Positions 52,289 through 64,000 of a stretch of 64,000 nt of DNA are shown in pieces. The DNA lies in contig CM059432.1 of NCBI GenBank assembly GCA_030390025.1, positions 94,180,001 through 94,244,000 of the forward strand. Direction: 5' to 3'. Every line of letters starts with the position of its first letter. The first letter of the stretch is position 1. The notes beneath the pieces are model-generated. The model was not told the DNA's origin. It did no database searches and saw only the letters and a program-made list of their open reading frames with translations. Origin of the DNA: Squalus acanthias. Lineage: Eukaryota. The translations under genes were made by a program, and so were the position numbers.

Positions 52289-53529
52289 ATGCTTTTCCCC
52301 ATCACACAGGCAGTCAAAGTGCAATCCATGAGCATCACAAAATATGCACACTGTAAGCACCTAAAACAAAGTATACAATGCAGTACGTGAGCATTTAAAA
52401 CAGAATATATACAGTCAAAATGTGAGATTCTATAAACAATACAAGCATCTAAAAAAGTACAATACCTAAGCATTCTCTCACAACAAAAAGCACAGTGCCC
52501 ATAGGAGCCGAAAGGCATCACTGGTGGAGTGCAGGTGACAATACGAGACATCTGTGGTAAGGTGGTGGTCGCAGCAATTGAGAAGCATCTATGTGGGTTC
52601 AAAACAGTGAAGTGGGCCTAGGCAGAAATTGATTGTGCAAAATAAGAGGCAGGGGCAATGGGACACATTGATGGTGGGTTGGGCAATGCTGGTGTGAAGA
52701 TTGATGGTAGAGCAACGGATGTGGGACACAATACTGATAGAGGGTTCAGGGCTTCAGATAGCACTGATCAACCAGTAAACTATTTAAATACACTCATCAA
52801 AATCTATTTGTCAAAACTATAAGTGAAATTCTAGATGCAGAGAGTAAAGTAAACTTAAATTTATCTTGAACTGAAATTGAAGTTGGGAATGGAAACAGTG
52901 GCAAAACTGGAGCTAAAAAAAGGAGTAAACGCAATTCATTTTAAACAACAATCTTTTAACAGAGTCTCAAACTTCATGAGATTGTACCTAACAATGGATG
53001 TTCATGACTTTCCTAAATTGATTTTGATGCCCCAAATGTGTGGCTAGATTTAATCTGGCCCTGACTTGAAATATTAGTATTTTTCAAAGTATTTGATTTA
53101 ATCTGTGAATGTTATTTATACATATTCATGTTTTATTCATGAGCTTTTTGTATATTTTAGTCTTTTTCTAATTTTATACCACTTGTATTCTCTACTTTTA
53201 TTTTTCTGCTTATTATAAGATCCTGAATTTTGTTATTATATTTATAATATATAAGTAAAGGATGATGTATAACAAACAGCACAAGTGAGCAGATAACTCG
53301 TGACTGACAAAAGTTCTGAGTAAGTTACAGATGCTTGTATCGTGAATGAAGATATTCTTGTATATCCTGATTGAAAATAAAAAATGTTATGGACATTGTT
53401 ACTTTCCCACACGGGTGGGTTATACAGTGGGGGGTGGCAGCATTTCAGAGATCTAATATGCAATGCCACTTAGTGGTAGGATGTAGGCTTGTACCCATGA
53501 TCTCAAGTGTGCCACCACAGGGAGGTGCC

Positions 53530-54257
53530 TTAGTCCCTGATCCCATACCCTTGCCTGGATGCCTACTAAAACTCGACATGATGGTGTACAACCTGGGTGT
53601 CTTGCTCACCCCTAAGCGAAGCTTCAAACCCCACATCTAGTCTATAACCAAGACCACCTACTTCTACCTCCCTAAAATCGCTCATCTCCATCTCTAGCTC
53701 ACCTGTCACTGAAACTCCTGTTCATGCTTTTGTCACCTCCAGACTCAATTTTCCCAATGACTTCCTTACATGGCTCTAAAGTAACTCCAATTCATCCAGA
53801 TCTCCACTACCTGCATTCTACCTGCACAAAGTTCTGCTCACCTGTTATCCCTGTCCTTGTCAAGTCCATCCCTCCGTGTATTGATTTCAAAACTTTCATC
53901 CTTGTCTACAAATCGCTCCATGGCCTTTCTTCTGTCTACCTCTGCAACATCCTCTAGCCCTGCATCCCTGTTTGCACCCTCCATTCTACCAACTCTAAGC
54001 TACTGTGCGTTCCCCTCTCTACTTTCTACCATCAGTGGCAGAACCTTTAACCACTTGTTCCATATCTAGAACGCCCTCCTTAAACCACTCTACCTTGCTA
54101 CATCTCCTCTTCAAAAGCCTCCTTAAAACCTACTTCTTTGACAATATCACCGCCATTAACCTCAATCCTACCCCTGCTTGAGAATGCCCCCAAACTATGA
54201 AGCACTTTGGAATGTTTGCTACATTAATGGCGCTATAGAAATTTAAATTGTTGTTGC
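53530..54257 (+). mobile_element. Decayed L2 LINE 3' fragment
   Basis: YNLGV, ITKTTYF and LVYKSLHGL remnants; tail gcgctatagaaatttaaattgttgttg. Confidence 0.75.
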
Positions 54258-54796
54258 TATAGCCTGCCAAGCAATATTGAATAGTGAAATTAAATGTTTG
54301 TCGTCTAAAAAAGGATTCTACTGATCTTTGTGAATAGCATGAAAATATATCAGTGAATGATAGAGTGGATCAATGCACTGCCCTATACTCCATTCAGCTC
54401 ATGCCTGTCTGTACAGCATGCTGTCAAAGTTGATTTACTTAGAGGTCAAAGAAATAAATCTGCTTTAATTGAACGTGCAATATGGAAAAGACAGGATCCA
54501 AAATAGCATGACGCAAGATGGATGATTAGCTCTGGACATAAGAGCAATCGTCACTCAGCAGAGAAACCACTGAAATATGGATTTCTCAATGTAATCAGGA
54601 GAAAAAATGGTTGTCAGCTTAGTGTGATTTGGAATTCTGACCTCAAAAAGACTGCTTTTTATGACATTGTTTTTATAAATTTTTAGATTGAAATGCTCAT
54701 TTATATAAATTTAAAGAAAAACTAAAAAAAAATTACCATCTAACCAATTGATTTCTTGCAAGGTTTGGTGCAAACCACATGAACTCCAGATACGTA

Positions 54797-57700
54797 GGGC
54801 TCGATTTTGTCATTGGGGCGGGCTGGGGGCGTGTCATCCGCTTTTCGTGTTAGCCACCCGACTCCAATTTGATGTGGGAAAAATATGCGATTTTCCCCTA
54901 ACTGGGCAATTGATTTCCAGCGTGTGGGAACCCCTGGCCCAATTAGTCTTTCCATTCTGAAACTCGCCTCCGATGACATCATCAATGCTGCTGGATTTAA
55001 GGCTTGCAAGCAGCCTTGCTTCTTCTGCAGACTGCAAACCTTTTGGCCTTTGCTCTGATAGTTTCTTCCAGGCAAAATGTCCAGCAGTAGACCTAGGTCT
55101 GCACTGAGGTTTGATGACGCCGCCCTGCAAGCTCTGGTGGAGGGAGCAAGAGGGAATAAGGAGGTGCTCTTCCCTTCTTCAGGGAGGAAGAAGCCTCCAC
55201 AGCAGACGAAGGCTGTGTGGATGCAAGTGGCCCAGGAGTCAACTCCTTATCTATGTGCCGCAGAACCTGGCTGCAGTGCAGGAAAAGGTTTCATGACCTT
55301 CTGCGCACTGGAAAAGTAAGTATGACTTTCCCATCACCCTCAATCTGATCCCCATTGCCTCTCCTCACCAGCACTGAGCTTTGACAACCTCTTCCTCCAC
55401 ATCCCACTTGACACTGACATCCCTGCACCCTTACCCATTCCCTCTCTCTGTATGTTCACATTCACTTAACTATTCGACTATTCAGCCCTCACACTCCCTA
55501 TCGCTGTGATGCTATGAAAACAACTTATAACACACAGGGAGGGCCCTTGGTCTTGCCACCTCACTGAATCTTTGTCTCCTTCTAGGCATCTATGCTATGG
55601 ATTCTCTACACTCACTCCTTCATTCTCACTCAAACTCCACTTGTCTCCCTCATTGCAGGAAAAGAGAGCTCACAATAAGAGAGAAAGAGTGAGGACAGGA
55701 GGAGGGCCACCCTCAGTAGCCCAGCTCACCCCCTGGGAGGAGGCGGCCCTGGAGATCGTGGGAGTGGAGGACGATGCGCAAGTGGGGGACGGACAGACGG
55801 ATGCATCAGAGCAAGCTGGTGACAGAATAGTTTTTCATCTCTCTCATTGACATTGCATTAGTCACTGATAATGATTCTGATGCTCGAACAGATTGACTTA
55901 TGATCATCTGCAATATTCAATGTGCATGTAACCTTGGCCTCACATCTCTGACTCTTTCCTTTACTCCCCCACAGGACCATCGAAAGCCCCCGTCCCCACC
56001 ATCCAGGAGGAACAGCCTGAGCCTCCCGACACCTCAGAGGAAGCTGCAACCTCTGAGGGCGCAGCGTCAGCAGAATTCAGCGCACCCAGCACAGACACTC
56101 ACACCTCGGTGGTACCTTCGCAAGATAGTGTAGTGTTGTCACCTGGTGTATCACAGCTCACAAGTGAGCATCAGCAAATGGTGGAGACAGGGACAGCAGT
56201 GGAGAGTCCTAGTCGGAGGGCGCAGGACTCTGCCAGCTCGGCTCAGCTGCATGTCGACCCTCTGCCTCCGGGTCCATCCAAAGAGCGGTGCTGGAACACA
56301 AGGAAGAGGTGCAGGAGTCTCTGGCAGGTTTTGTCTCCAGGGTCGCTGCGAGTGTGGAGCGAATGGAGGAGTCCATCGCTAACATGAGCAGAGCCTTTGT
56401 GGAGGCGTTGGCGCATGAACGCATCACCACGGAAAGGATGGCAACCTCCGTGGAAAGGATGGCTACCTCCATGGTAAGGCTGGCTACCGTAGAGGAGAGG
56501 ATGGCTACGGTAGAGGAGAGGATGGCTACGTCCATCGAGGAGCTTAGTCGCCAGGGTATGGAAAACATGGTCATTGTTCAGAATAGACTGACATCTCTTG
56601 AGGAGCGCTGGTTAGCTACTGTGCAAACAAGCCAGACCTTCAGGCAAGTCCTCGGGAGTAGGACTTCCAGTACAGAAACGGGTCCTCATGGCCCCCCTGA
56701 AGTGCAACAAGGTGCTGTCAAGCCACTTGCTAGCTCTGAAGTGGGGCTGACCCATGAGAGGGATGTTGGTGGCAGACAACAAGGAAGTGGGGGCTCCTCT
56801 CCAAGCGCTCACACGACCATGCCACTGCAAAGTCCTCGGTCAGAGCCCCACCAGAGTCCCCACCCAACTGAGATCGGCGTCTCAACCTCTGCACAGCCGC
56901 AGGAGCAGCAGACTGTTGCCGAGCCCTCACAGGCTCGCAACCCCAAAGGACGCCCGCCAAAGGTGTTGAGACAGGAGCAGCAAGAAAGTGAGCAAGGGGC
57001 CTCCACATCTGCTGAAGCCACAGGGGAAGCACCACGTAGGAGCACGTGTAAGAGGAAGATAATGCACAAGTAGTCACAAGGGTAGTCACTTGGGTGAAAT
57101 GTCATGTTTAATGTTGAAAAGCCATCAGTTGGTTATTGTAAATAAAAAATTCTGATGGCAACTGTTGCAGTTGTGGCGTCTGTCATATCGCTAATGGGAC
57201 TTCCACACTGAGGGCTTAGGATGACTTGCAATTGTCAGTATGGTGGTCAGAGTGATAGGAATCCGCAGGTTCTTGGCCATTGTCGATGGTCTGATAAGAA
57301 GGTGCAAGGCAAAAGTGTTGATTGTGCAGGCTAAGCAAATCTGGCCAAGAGGAGTGCGTCCCTTGCATCCCGGGCAGCAATGTGGTCATGCGCTAGCGCC
57401 TTCTGGCCTGTGCAGCTTCAGGTGGGTGAGCAGCAGCTTGGCGCTCCTGTTGTTGCTGCTGCTGTTGGTGGTGCTGTTGTTCATGGATCTGTTGCTGCCA
57501 CGGCTGGTCTTCGTCCGAATCTGATGTCCAGGAGGAAAGGAAATAAATGGTTCCCATGCTTCTGGTATATGCCTCAGTTGAGGAAGCGCTCATTCAAGGT
57601 GGCGAGAGGGGTTTCCCAGGAGGTCACACTGGAGATGGGTGTCAGGCTCCAAACTTCCACAACAATGGGTATGCCTGCTAAAAGTTCCCCCAGACCTGAG

Positions 57701-58076
57701 ACAACAAAGTTCTGCCACCTGCAAATGATGATTGATGAAAACTCCTTTTTAATGGTGGAGCTGCAGCTGTTAGTAAGCATTCCACTTGTGCTGCCGCCAG
57801 GTTTCACTGGCGTGTTTCAGAGGAGACGTGAACCACGTAGGAAAAGTGTTAAAATCAGAAAGGCCTCTCAAAATGGGATTATAGAGGCACTTAACTGGTT
57901 GTTAAGGGCCTTAAGGGCCTATCCCGCCTCTTGGAGGCGGGATGGAGACGGGGTCAGAAAACTTGCATTTGGGAAAATTGCTCGGAGGCGGGATCGGGCC
58001 CGCCCGCCATTTTTCATGATTTTATCACATCACACGCCTCCAATCCCGCCTCCTCGGGCCTGGCAAAATCGAGCCC
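54797..58076. mobile_element. Harbinger element 5: Myb gene retained, transposase core deleted
   Basis: TIRs GGGCTCGATTTTG(T/C)CA match at 15/16; TSD GTA/GTA. Confidence 0.9.
55077..57073 (+). pseudogene. Harbinger Myb/SANT-like gene with coiled-coil C-terminus (3 exons, frameshifted)
   Basis: SALRFDDAALQALVEG...VWMQVAQE. Introns 55316-55658 and 55819-55974. Exon 3 has (ERMATSV)n heptads and ends ...RRSTCKRKIMHK* at 57073. Confidence 0.8.
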
Positions 58077-58120
58077 GTAGTTTCAGATTTTGATACTTAT
58101 GGATCATTAAATTTTAAAAA

Positions 58121-59365
58121 GGCCGGACTGGGAGCCAATGTAGGTCAGCGAGCGCAGGGTGATAGGTGAACAGGACTTGGTGCAAGTTAGGCAGCAGAGT
58201 TTTGGATGAGCTCAAGTTTATATAGGGTGGAAGATGGGAGGCTGGCCAGGAGAGCATTGGAATAGTCAAGTCTAGAGGTAGCAAGGGCATGGATGAGGGT
58301 TTCAGCAGCAGATACAAATGGGCAATGTTACGGAGGTGGAAGTAGGCAGTCTTGGTGATGGAGCGGATATGTGGTCGGAAGCTCATCTCGGAGTCAAATA
58401 TGACACCAAGGTTGTGGATGGTCTGGTTCAGCCTCAGCCTCAGACAGTTGCCAGAGAGAGGGATGGAGTCGATGGCTAGGGAGTTTGTGGCAGGGGCCGA
58501 AGCCAATGGCTTCGTACTTCCCAATATTTAATTTAGTAAATTTTTGCTCATCCAGTACTGGATGTCGGACAAGCAGTATGACAAATCAGGGACAGTGGAG
58601 GGGTCAAGACAGGTGGTGGTGAGGTAGAGCTTGTGTCATCAGCGTACATTGCAGGTGATTCTCTGGCTATGACTAGATAGATAAGAATGGAACCCAGTCC
58701 CACTCAGTTGGACGATGAGGGAAGGCGTTGGAGGAGGATTGTATGGTCAACCATGTCTAAGGCTGCAGACAGGTCAAGAAGGATGAGGAGGGATAGTTTA
58801 CCACAGTCACAGAGGATGCCACTTGTGACTATGGTAAGAGCCGTTTCGGTACTGTGGCAGGGGCAGAAACCTGATTAGAGGAATTCAAACATGGGATTGC
58901 GGGAAAGATGGGCACGGATTTGGGAAGCGACAACACATTCAAGGACTTTGGAGAGGAAAGGGAGCTTGGAGATGGGCCAGTAGTTTGTAAGGACAGAGAG
59001 GTCAAGGGTGGTTTTTTTTGAGAGGGGTGATGACTGCAGATTTGAAATGGAGGGGAACAGTACCTGAGGAGAGGGAACCGTTAACAATGTCAGCTAACAT
59101 GGGGACCAGGAAGGGAAGTTCGGTGGTAAGCAGTTTGGTAAGTATAGGTTTGAGGGAGCAGGATGTGGGTCTCATGGACAAAATGAACTCGGAGAGGGCA
59201 GGATGGGAGATAGGAGAGAAACTATCGAAAGTTGCGAGTTCAGGGCTAGGGCAGGGGGAAACGTTTGGAGAAGTTTGGCCCGGTGGGCTAGAGGAAGGGA
59301 GGGAAGAGGCAGAGGCAACTGAACAATGGTCTCAATCTTTGTGACTAGGAAGTCCATGAGCTCAA
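58121..59365 (-). mobile_element. L2-clade LINE RT fragment
   Basis: NYWPISKLPFLSKVLE, LSAAL.MVDH, HNLGVIFD...[11 protein letters not shown]. Confidence 0.9.
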
Positions 59366-59456
59366 ATGTGATATCTGCACTTTTAAAATAAAAACTTGAG
59401 ATTGTGAAAATATAAACAAATCATTCAAATATGAATTACCTAATTTAAAAGACATA

Positions 59457-60339
59457 GGGGAAGAAATTCAGTATCGCCCCATTTGGGGCGCAATTATCGG
59501 CCGGGCGCAAAGATTAGTGCCTGGCGCTAATTATCGCCACCGACTGCAAACTTGACTTTTATCGCCCCTGGAAGTGATTGGAGCGCTAAATCAGGCGCTT
59601 CACACCTGTCTTAAGGCGCAAAGGCCGAGGAGCTACCTCAGAACGCTGGCGAAGCTCATGTGATGTCAGTCAGCAATGGAACACACACACAATGGCGCGG
59701 GCCAGTTCTTAAAGGGGAGGGTTGATCTTGCTTTCCATCCACATCCTGCTCATTGCAGCCTTGAATCTCGGCCTGGAGAGACCTGCACATCAAATCTGCT
59801 GGAAAGAACAATGGAGAGTACCAAGGAAAGAGCTCAGAGTGCAGCCCCCACAGTCTCTTCTAAATCGATACAAGGAAAGGGCAAATCAAAATGTACCTGC
59901 AAAGTGCTGCTCAGTACCCAAAACTCATTCACACAGCGTTGAATCTCTCCAGAAGTCTCTCTCTCTCTCAGAATGCGTGGTTCAAAAATGTCACCAACAA
60001 TAAAAGGCAGGAAGCGGTCGCCTTTAAATAGCGCTCTCCCAGTCCCTTCCTGACTGCAAAACGCTCCCCTCAACCTGTCATTGCTAGTGGCAGGCGGTAA
60101 GGCAGGGAGCGCCACTCAATATCCGCTCCGGGGCGATACCGGGGCGTTGCGCACTCGACTGATGTCACGATCTGCCAGTGCAGGAGATCGTGGCGGTAGT
60201 GTTTAGCGCCGCCGCAAAATGTCTAGTTAATTTCGCGAGCGGCGCAAACATCGCCGCGCCCGAGCGCTTGATGCTTTGCGCCCCATTAGCGCCCTCTTAA
60301 GGCACTAACAGGAGGCGCAACCAACTGAATTTTTCCCCC
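59457..60339. mobile_element. GC-rich non-autonomous Harbinger-type element
   Basis: GGGGAAGAAATTCAGT / ACTGAATTTTTCCCCC match at 14/16; TSD ATA/ATA; related to 22904-23642. Confidence 0.85.
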
Positions 60340-62024
60340 ATAAGCTCTAATTTGAAATCATCCTCAAGTAAAATAGGGACTCTTACAGACATGGCACAAC
60401 TGTCCCTAGTGTACTAAAAAAAACTTTTGTAAATCACTATCTTGCTTTTGACTAATCAGGAGCATTTGTTGCCTCAAATCACTGGAAAACAGAAGTAATG
60501 ACTTGATTCAAATTTCTTTGTTCAACTGTATACAGAAGGGAGCCTGCAAAAACAGGCTTGCTGTCTATTGCAGAGTGATCTGTAGCATAACATGTGCCCT
60601 GGGCTACACTGAGTGATAACTTCCATTTCTTTTATCTCAATAAACTGCTTCTGCTTGTATCCAACTGTGTCCCGGATTATTTCAAACCTGATTACAAAAT
60701 TTGAGTCAGTCTGCCCTGGATAAGAGTTGTGGTAGAGTCTAGGTGGATTCTTTCGCTCCCCCCAATGCAATTTAGGAAAAGGATTCCCTCTTCTCCACAC
60801 CCAAATAGAATTGCCATGGGAGGAAAAGGGAAGACAAACAAACTTTATGACAATAGCAAAATACTGCGGATGCTGGAAATCTGAAATAACAACAGAAAAT
60901 GCTGGAAATACTCAGCAGGCCAGGCAGCATCCGTGGAGAGAGAAACAGAGTTAATGTTTCAGGTCTGGGACCCTTCATCAGAACTGGAAAAAGCTGGAGA
61001 TGTAACAGATATTAAGCAGGTGCAGAGACAGGGGGGGGGTTTAGGAGGGGAGGAAGGAATTGAAAGAACATACTGTGCTTATGTAAGAGGCAGGAAAGAT
61101 AAAATGTTGCAAATGGGAATGGCAAAATCATACAGCATGAAAAATGGGGGCAGGGATTATTGTCTGAAATTGTTGAACTCGATGTTGAGTCCGGAAGGCT
61201 GTAAAGTGCCTAATCGAAAGATGAGGTGCTGTTCCTCGCGCTTACGTTGAGCTTCATTGGAACAGTGTAATAGGCCGAGGACAGAAGATCAGAGTGGGAG
61301 TGAAGCGGAGAATTAAAGTGACAGGCGACCGGAAGCTCAGGGTCACCCTTACGGACTGAACGGAGGTGTTCCGCAAAGCGGTCACCCAATCTGCGTTTGG
61401 TCTCCCCAATGTAGAGGAGACCGCATCGTGAGCAGCGAATACAGTATACTAAATTGCAAGAAGTATAAGTAAATCGCTGTTTCACCTGGAAGGGGTGTTT
61501 GGGGCCCTGGACAGTGGGAAGGGAGGAGGTAAAAGGGCATGTGTTACATCTCCTGCGCTTGCACGGGAAGGTGCCAGGCGAAGGAGAAGGGCTGTTAGGG
61601 GTGATTGAGGAGTGGACCTGGGTGTCGCGGAGGGAGCGGTCCCTTCGGAATGCTGAAAGGGGAGGTGAGGGGAAGATGTGTTTGGTGGTGGGATCACGTT
61701 GGAGGTGGCGGAAATGGCGGAGGATTATCCGTTGAATGTGGAGGCTGGTGGGATGAAAGGTGAGGACAAGGGGAACCCTATCGTAGTTCTGGGAGGGAGG
61801 GGAAGGGGTAAGAGCAGAAGTGCGGGAAATGGAACGGACACGGTCAAGGGCCGTGTCAACCACAGTAGAGGGGAATCCTCGGTTGAGAAAAAGGAAGACA
61901 TGTCGGAAGCACTGGTATGGAAGGTGGCATCGTCAGAACAGACGCGGCGGAGATGGAGAAACTGGGAGAATGGAATAGAGTCCTTACAGGAGGCGGGGTG
62001 GGAGGAAGTGTAGTCCAAGTAGCT

Positions 62025-62999
62025 TCACATGGTCCATCTCCGACTCTTCCCTTCCCTTCCTTAACTTCTCCGTCTCCATTTCTGGCGATCGGCTTTCGAC
62101 AAACATCCACTACAAGCCCACTGACTCCCACAGCTACATGGACTACACTTCCTCCCACCCCGCCTCCTGTAAGGACTCTATTCCATTCTCCCAGTTTCTC
62201 CATCTCCGCCGCGTCTGTTCTGACGATGCCACCTTCCATACCAGTGCTTCCGACATGTCTTCCTTTTTCCTCAACCGAGGATTCCCCTCTACTGTGGTTG
62301 ACACGGCCCTTGACCATGTCCGTTCCATTTCCCGCACTTCTGCTCTCACCCCTTCCCCTCCCTCCCAGAACTACGATAGGGTTCCTTGTCCTCACCTTTC
62401 ATCCCACCAGCCTCCACATTCAACGGATAATCCTCCGCCATTTCCGCCACCTCCAACGTGATCCCACCACCAAACACATCTTCCCCTCACCTCCCCTTTC
62501 AGCATTCCGAAGGGACCGCTCCCTCCGCGACACCCTGGTCCACTCCTCAATCACCCCTAATAGCCCTTCTCCTTCGCCTGGCACCTTTCCGTGCAAGCGC
62601 AGGAGATGTAACACATGCCCTTTTACCTCCTCCCTTCCCACTGTCAAGGGCCCCAAACACCCCTTCCAGGTGAAACAACGATTTACTTGTACTTCTTGCA
62701 ATTTAATATACTGTATTCGCTGCTCACGATGCGGTCTCCTCTACATTGGGGAGACCAAATGCAGATTGGGTGACCGCTTTGTGGAACACCTCCGTTCAGT
62801 CCGTAAGGGTGACCCTGAGCTTCCGGTCGCCTGTCACTTTAATTCTCCGCTTCACTCCCACTCTGATCTCTCTGTCCTCGGCCTATTACACTGTTCCAAT
62901 GAAGCTCAACGTAAGCGCGAGGAACAGCACCTCATCTTTCGATTAGGCACTTTACAGCCTTCCGGACTCAACATCGAGTTCAACAATTTCAGACAATAA
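62025..62999 (+). pseudogene. PLE RT-thumb/GIY-YIG endonuclease fragment (frameshifted); mirror copy at 61157-62024 on -
   Basis: CKRRRCNTCP...FTCTSCNLIYCIRCSRCGLLYIGETKCRLGDRFVEH...VACHF...RKREEQHLIFRLGTLQPSGLN. Confidence 0.9.
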
Positions 63000-63173
63000 T
63001 CCCTGCCCCCATTTTTCATGCTGTATGATTTTGCCATTCCCATTTGCAACATTTTATCTTTCCTGCCTCTTACATAAGCACAGTATGTTCTTTCAATTCC
63101 TTCCTCCCCTCCTAAACCCCCCCCCCCCTGTCTCTGCACCTGCTTAATATCTGTTACATCTCCAGCTTTTTCC

Positions 63174-63210
63174 AGTTCTGATGAAGGGTCCCAGACCTGA
63201 AACGTTAACT
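63174..63210 (+). ncRNA. Minimal type I hammerhead ribozyme motif in the PLE terminus
   Basis: AGTT-CTGATGA-agGGTCccaGACCt-GAAACGTT-AACT. The mirror copy at 60949-60985 (-) has GAAACATT. Confidence 0.75.
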
Positions 63211-64000
63211 CTGTTTCTCTCTCCACGGATGCTGCCTGGCCTGCTGAGTATTTCCAGCATTTTCTGTTGTTATTTCAACTTTATGACATTGGTTGGAGAG
63301 TGTTCTCTTCCTATTGAGAGTATACAATAATCTTTTGACTCTGTCATAAACCACAGAACTGTCCACTAACTGCTAAATTCTAGTGCAAGTGGCAGAATCT
63401 CCCAGTGAGACTACTCTTGTTGACACGATGACAATTCCCTTCCAAATCAATATTATATGATAAACATGTAACTTTTCATTCTTTAGACATTGATATGTAA
63501 GTAAATATATTTGATATAGAGGACCCTACATATTAAAGCTTTTGATATGATTGTTTTACTTTATGTGTAAACCTAACTACAAGACTTATAACTGAGAAAT
63601 GTGGTATTTGTTATAATTTTTATAAATCAAAATTTTTATTAAGTTATCAGCATATGGGAGGAGTGAATGCTGTGGTTCACAATTAACCAGCAGAAAGATA
63701 GGACCACATGCAAAAGTTTTATTTTATATTAATAAAGGTCTAATTCATTTTGTTTTAAATCATACAACTGTGCATGGATGGGAACATACAATGACAGAAT
63801 TTCTCTCCACATATCTGGTGTAAATGTAAATTTAGGCAGGAGAGAATTACACATTTGTATATTGGTCCAAGTTTATCATGGGCCAATATATGCAGAAGGC
63901 CCATACAGCTGCAACTCATCACCAACCTATTATTTTGCATTAAGTGTACAATGTACTTTTACCTTTTATTTCCATCAATGGTTGACTGAATAGGTGAGGA

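Larger units (their letters stand above)
60853..63276. mobile_element. Penelope-like retroelement: two 5'-truncated copies in inverted orientation, one insertion
   Basis: 12-bp TSD aactttatgaca at 60841-60852 and 63277-63288. Left arm 60853-62024 (-), right arm 62025-63276 (+). The arms encode the RT C-terminal region (LPFL..., YKPTDSHSY) and a GIY-YIG endonuclease. Confidence 0.93.

Noticed and set aside
61917..62999. 360-aa ORF as an intact GIY-YIG gene
   Set aside because: Its N-terminal half is antisense left arm plus an out-of-frame segment. Only the C-terminal part is the real PLE frame.

Overview
Eukaryotic, repeat-rich vertebrate DNA. The LINE/SINE/Harbinger/Penelope repertoire suggests a cartilaginous fish (inference). 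Two host genes face each other tail-to-tail. (1) On +, the 3' end of an AKAP7-like 2H-phosphoesterase gene: exon 340-487 can splice in frame to a terminal exon 4270-4931 that encodes 11-residue amphipathic repeats instead of the AKAP7 PKA-RII-binding helix. (2) On -, an intact single-coding-exon TMEM200C-like gene (31306-32880). Most of the rest is mobile DNA: many CR1 and L2 LINE fragments, Deu-type and LF-SINE-like SINEs, five PIF/Harbinger elements (Myb/SANT gene plus transposase in various states of decay) and several Harbinger-type MITEs with 3-bp TSDs. There are also four Penelope-like insertions, each an asymmetric inverted repeat with a 12-15 bp TSD and minimal hammerhead ribozyme motifs; the largest is a 2.4-kb palindrome encoding GIY-YIG. 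All calls are by eye. Most short ORFs in the track are repeat-derived noise.
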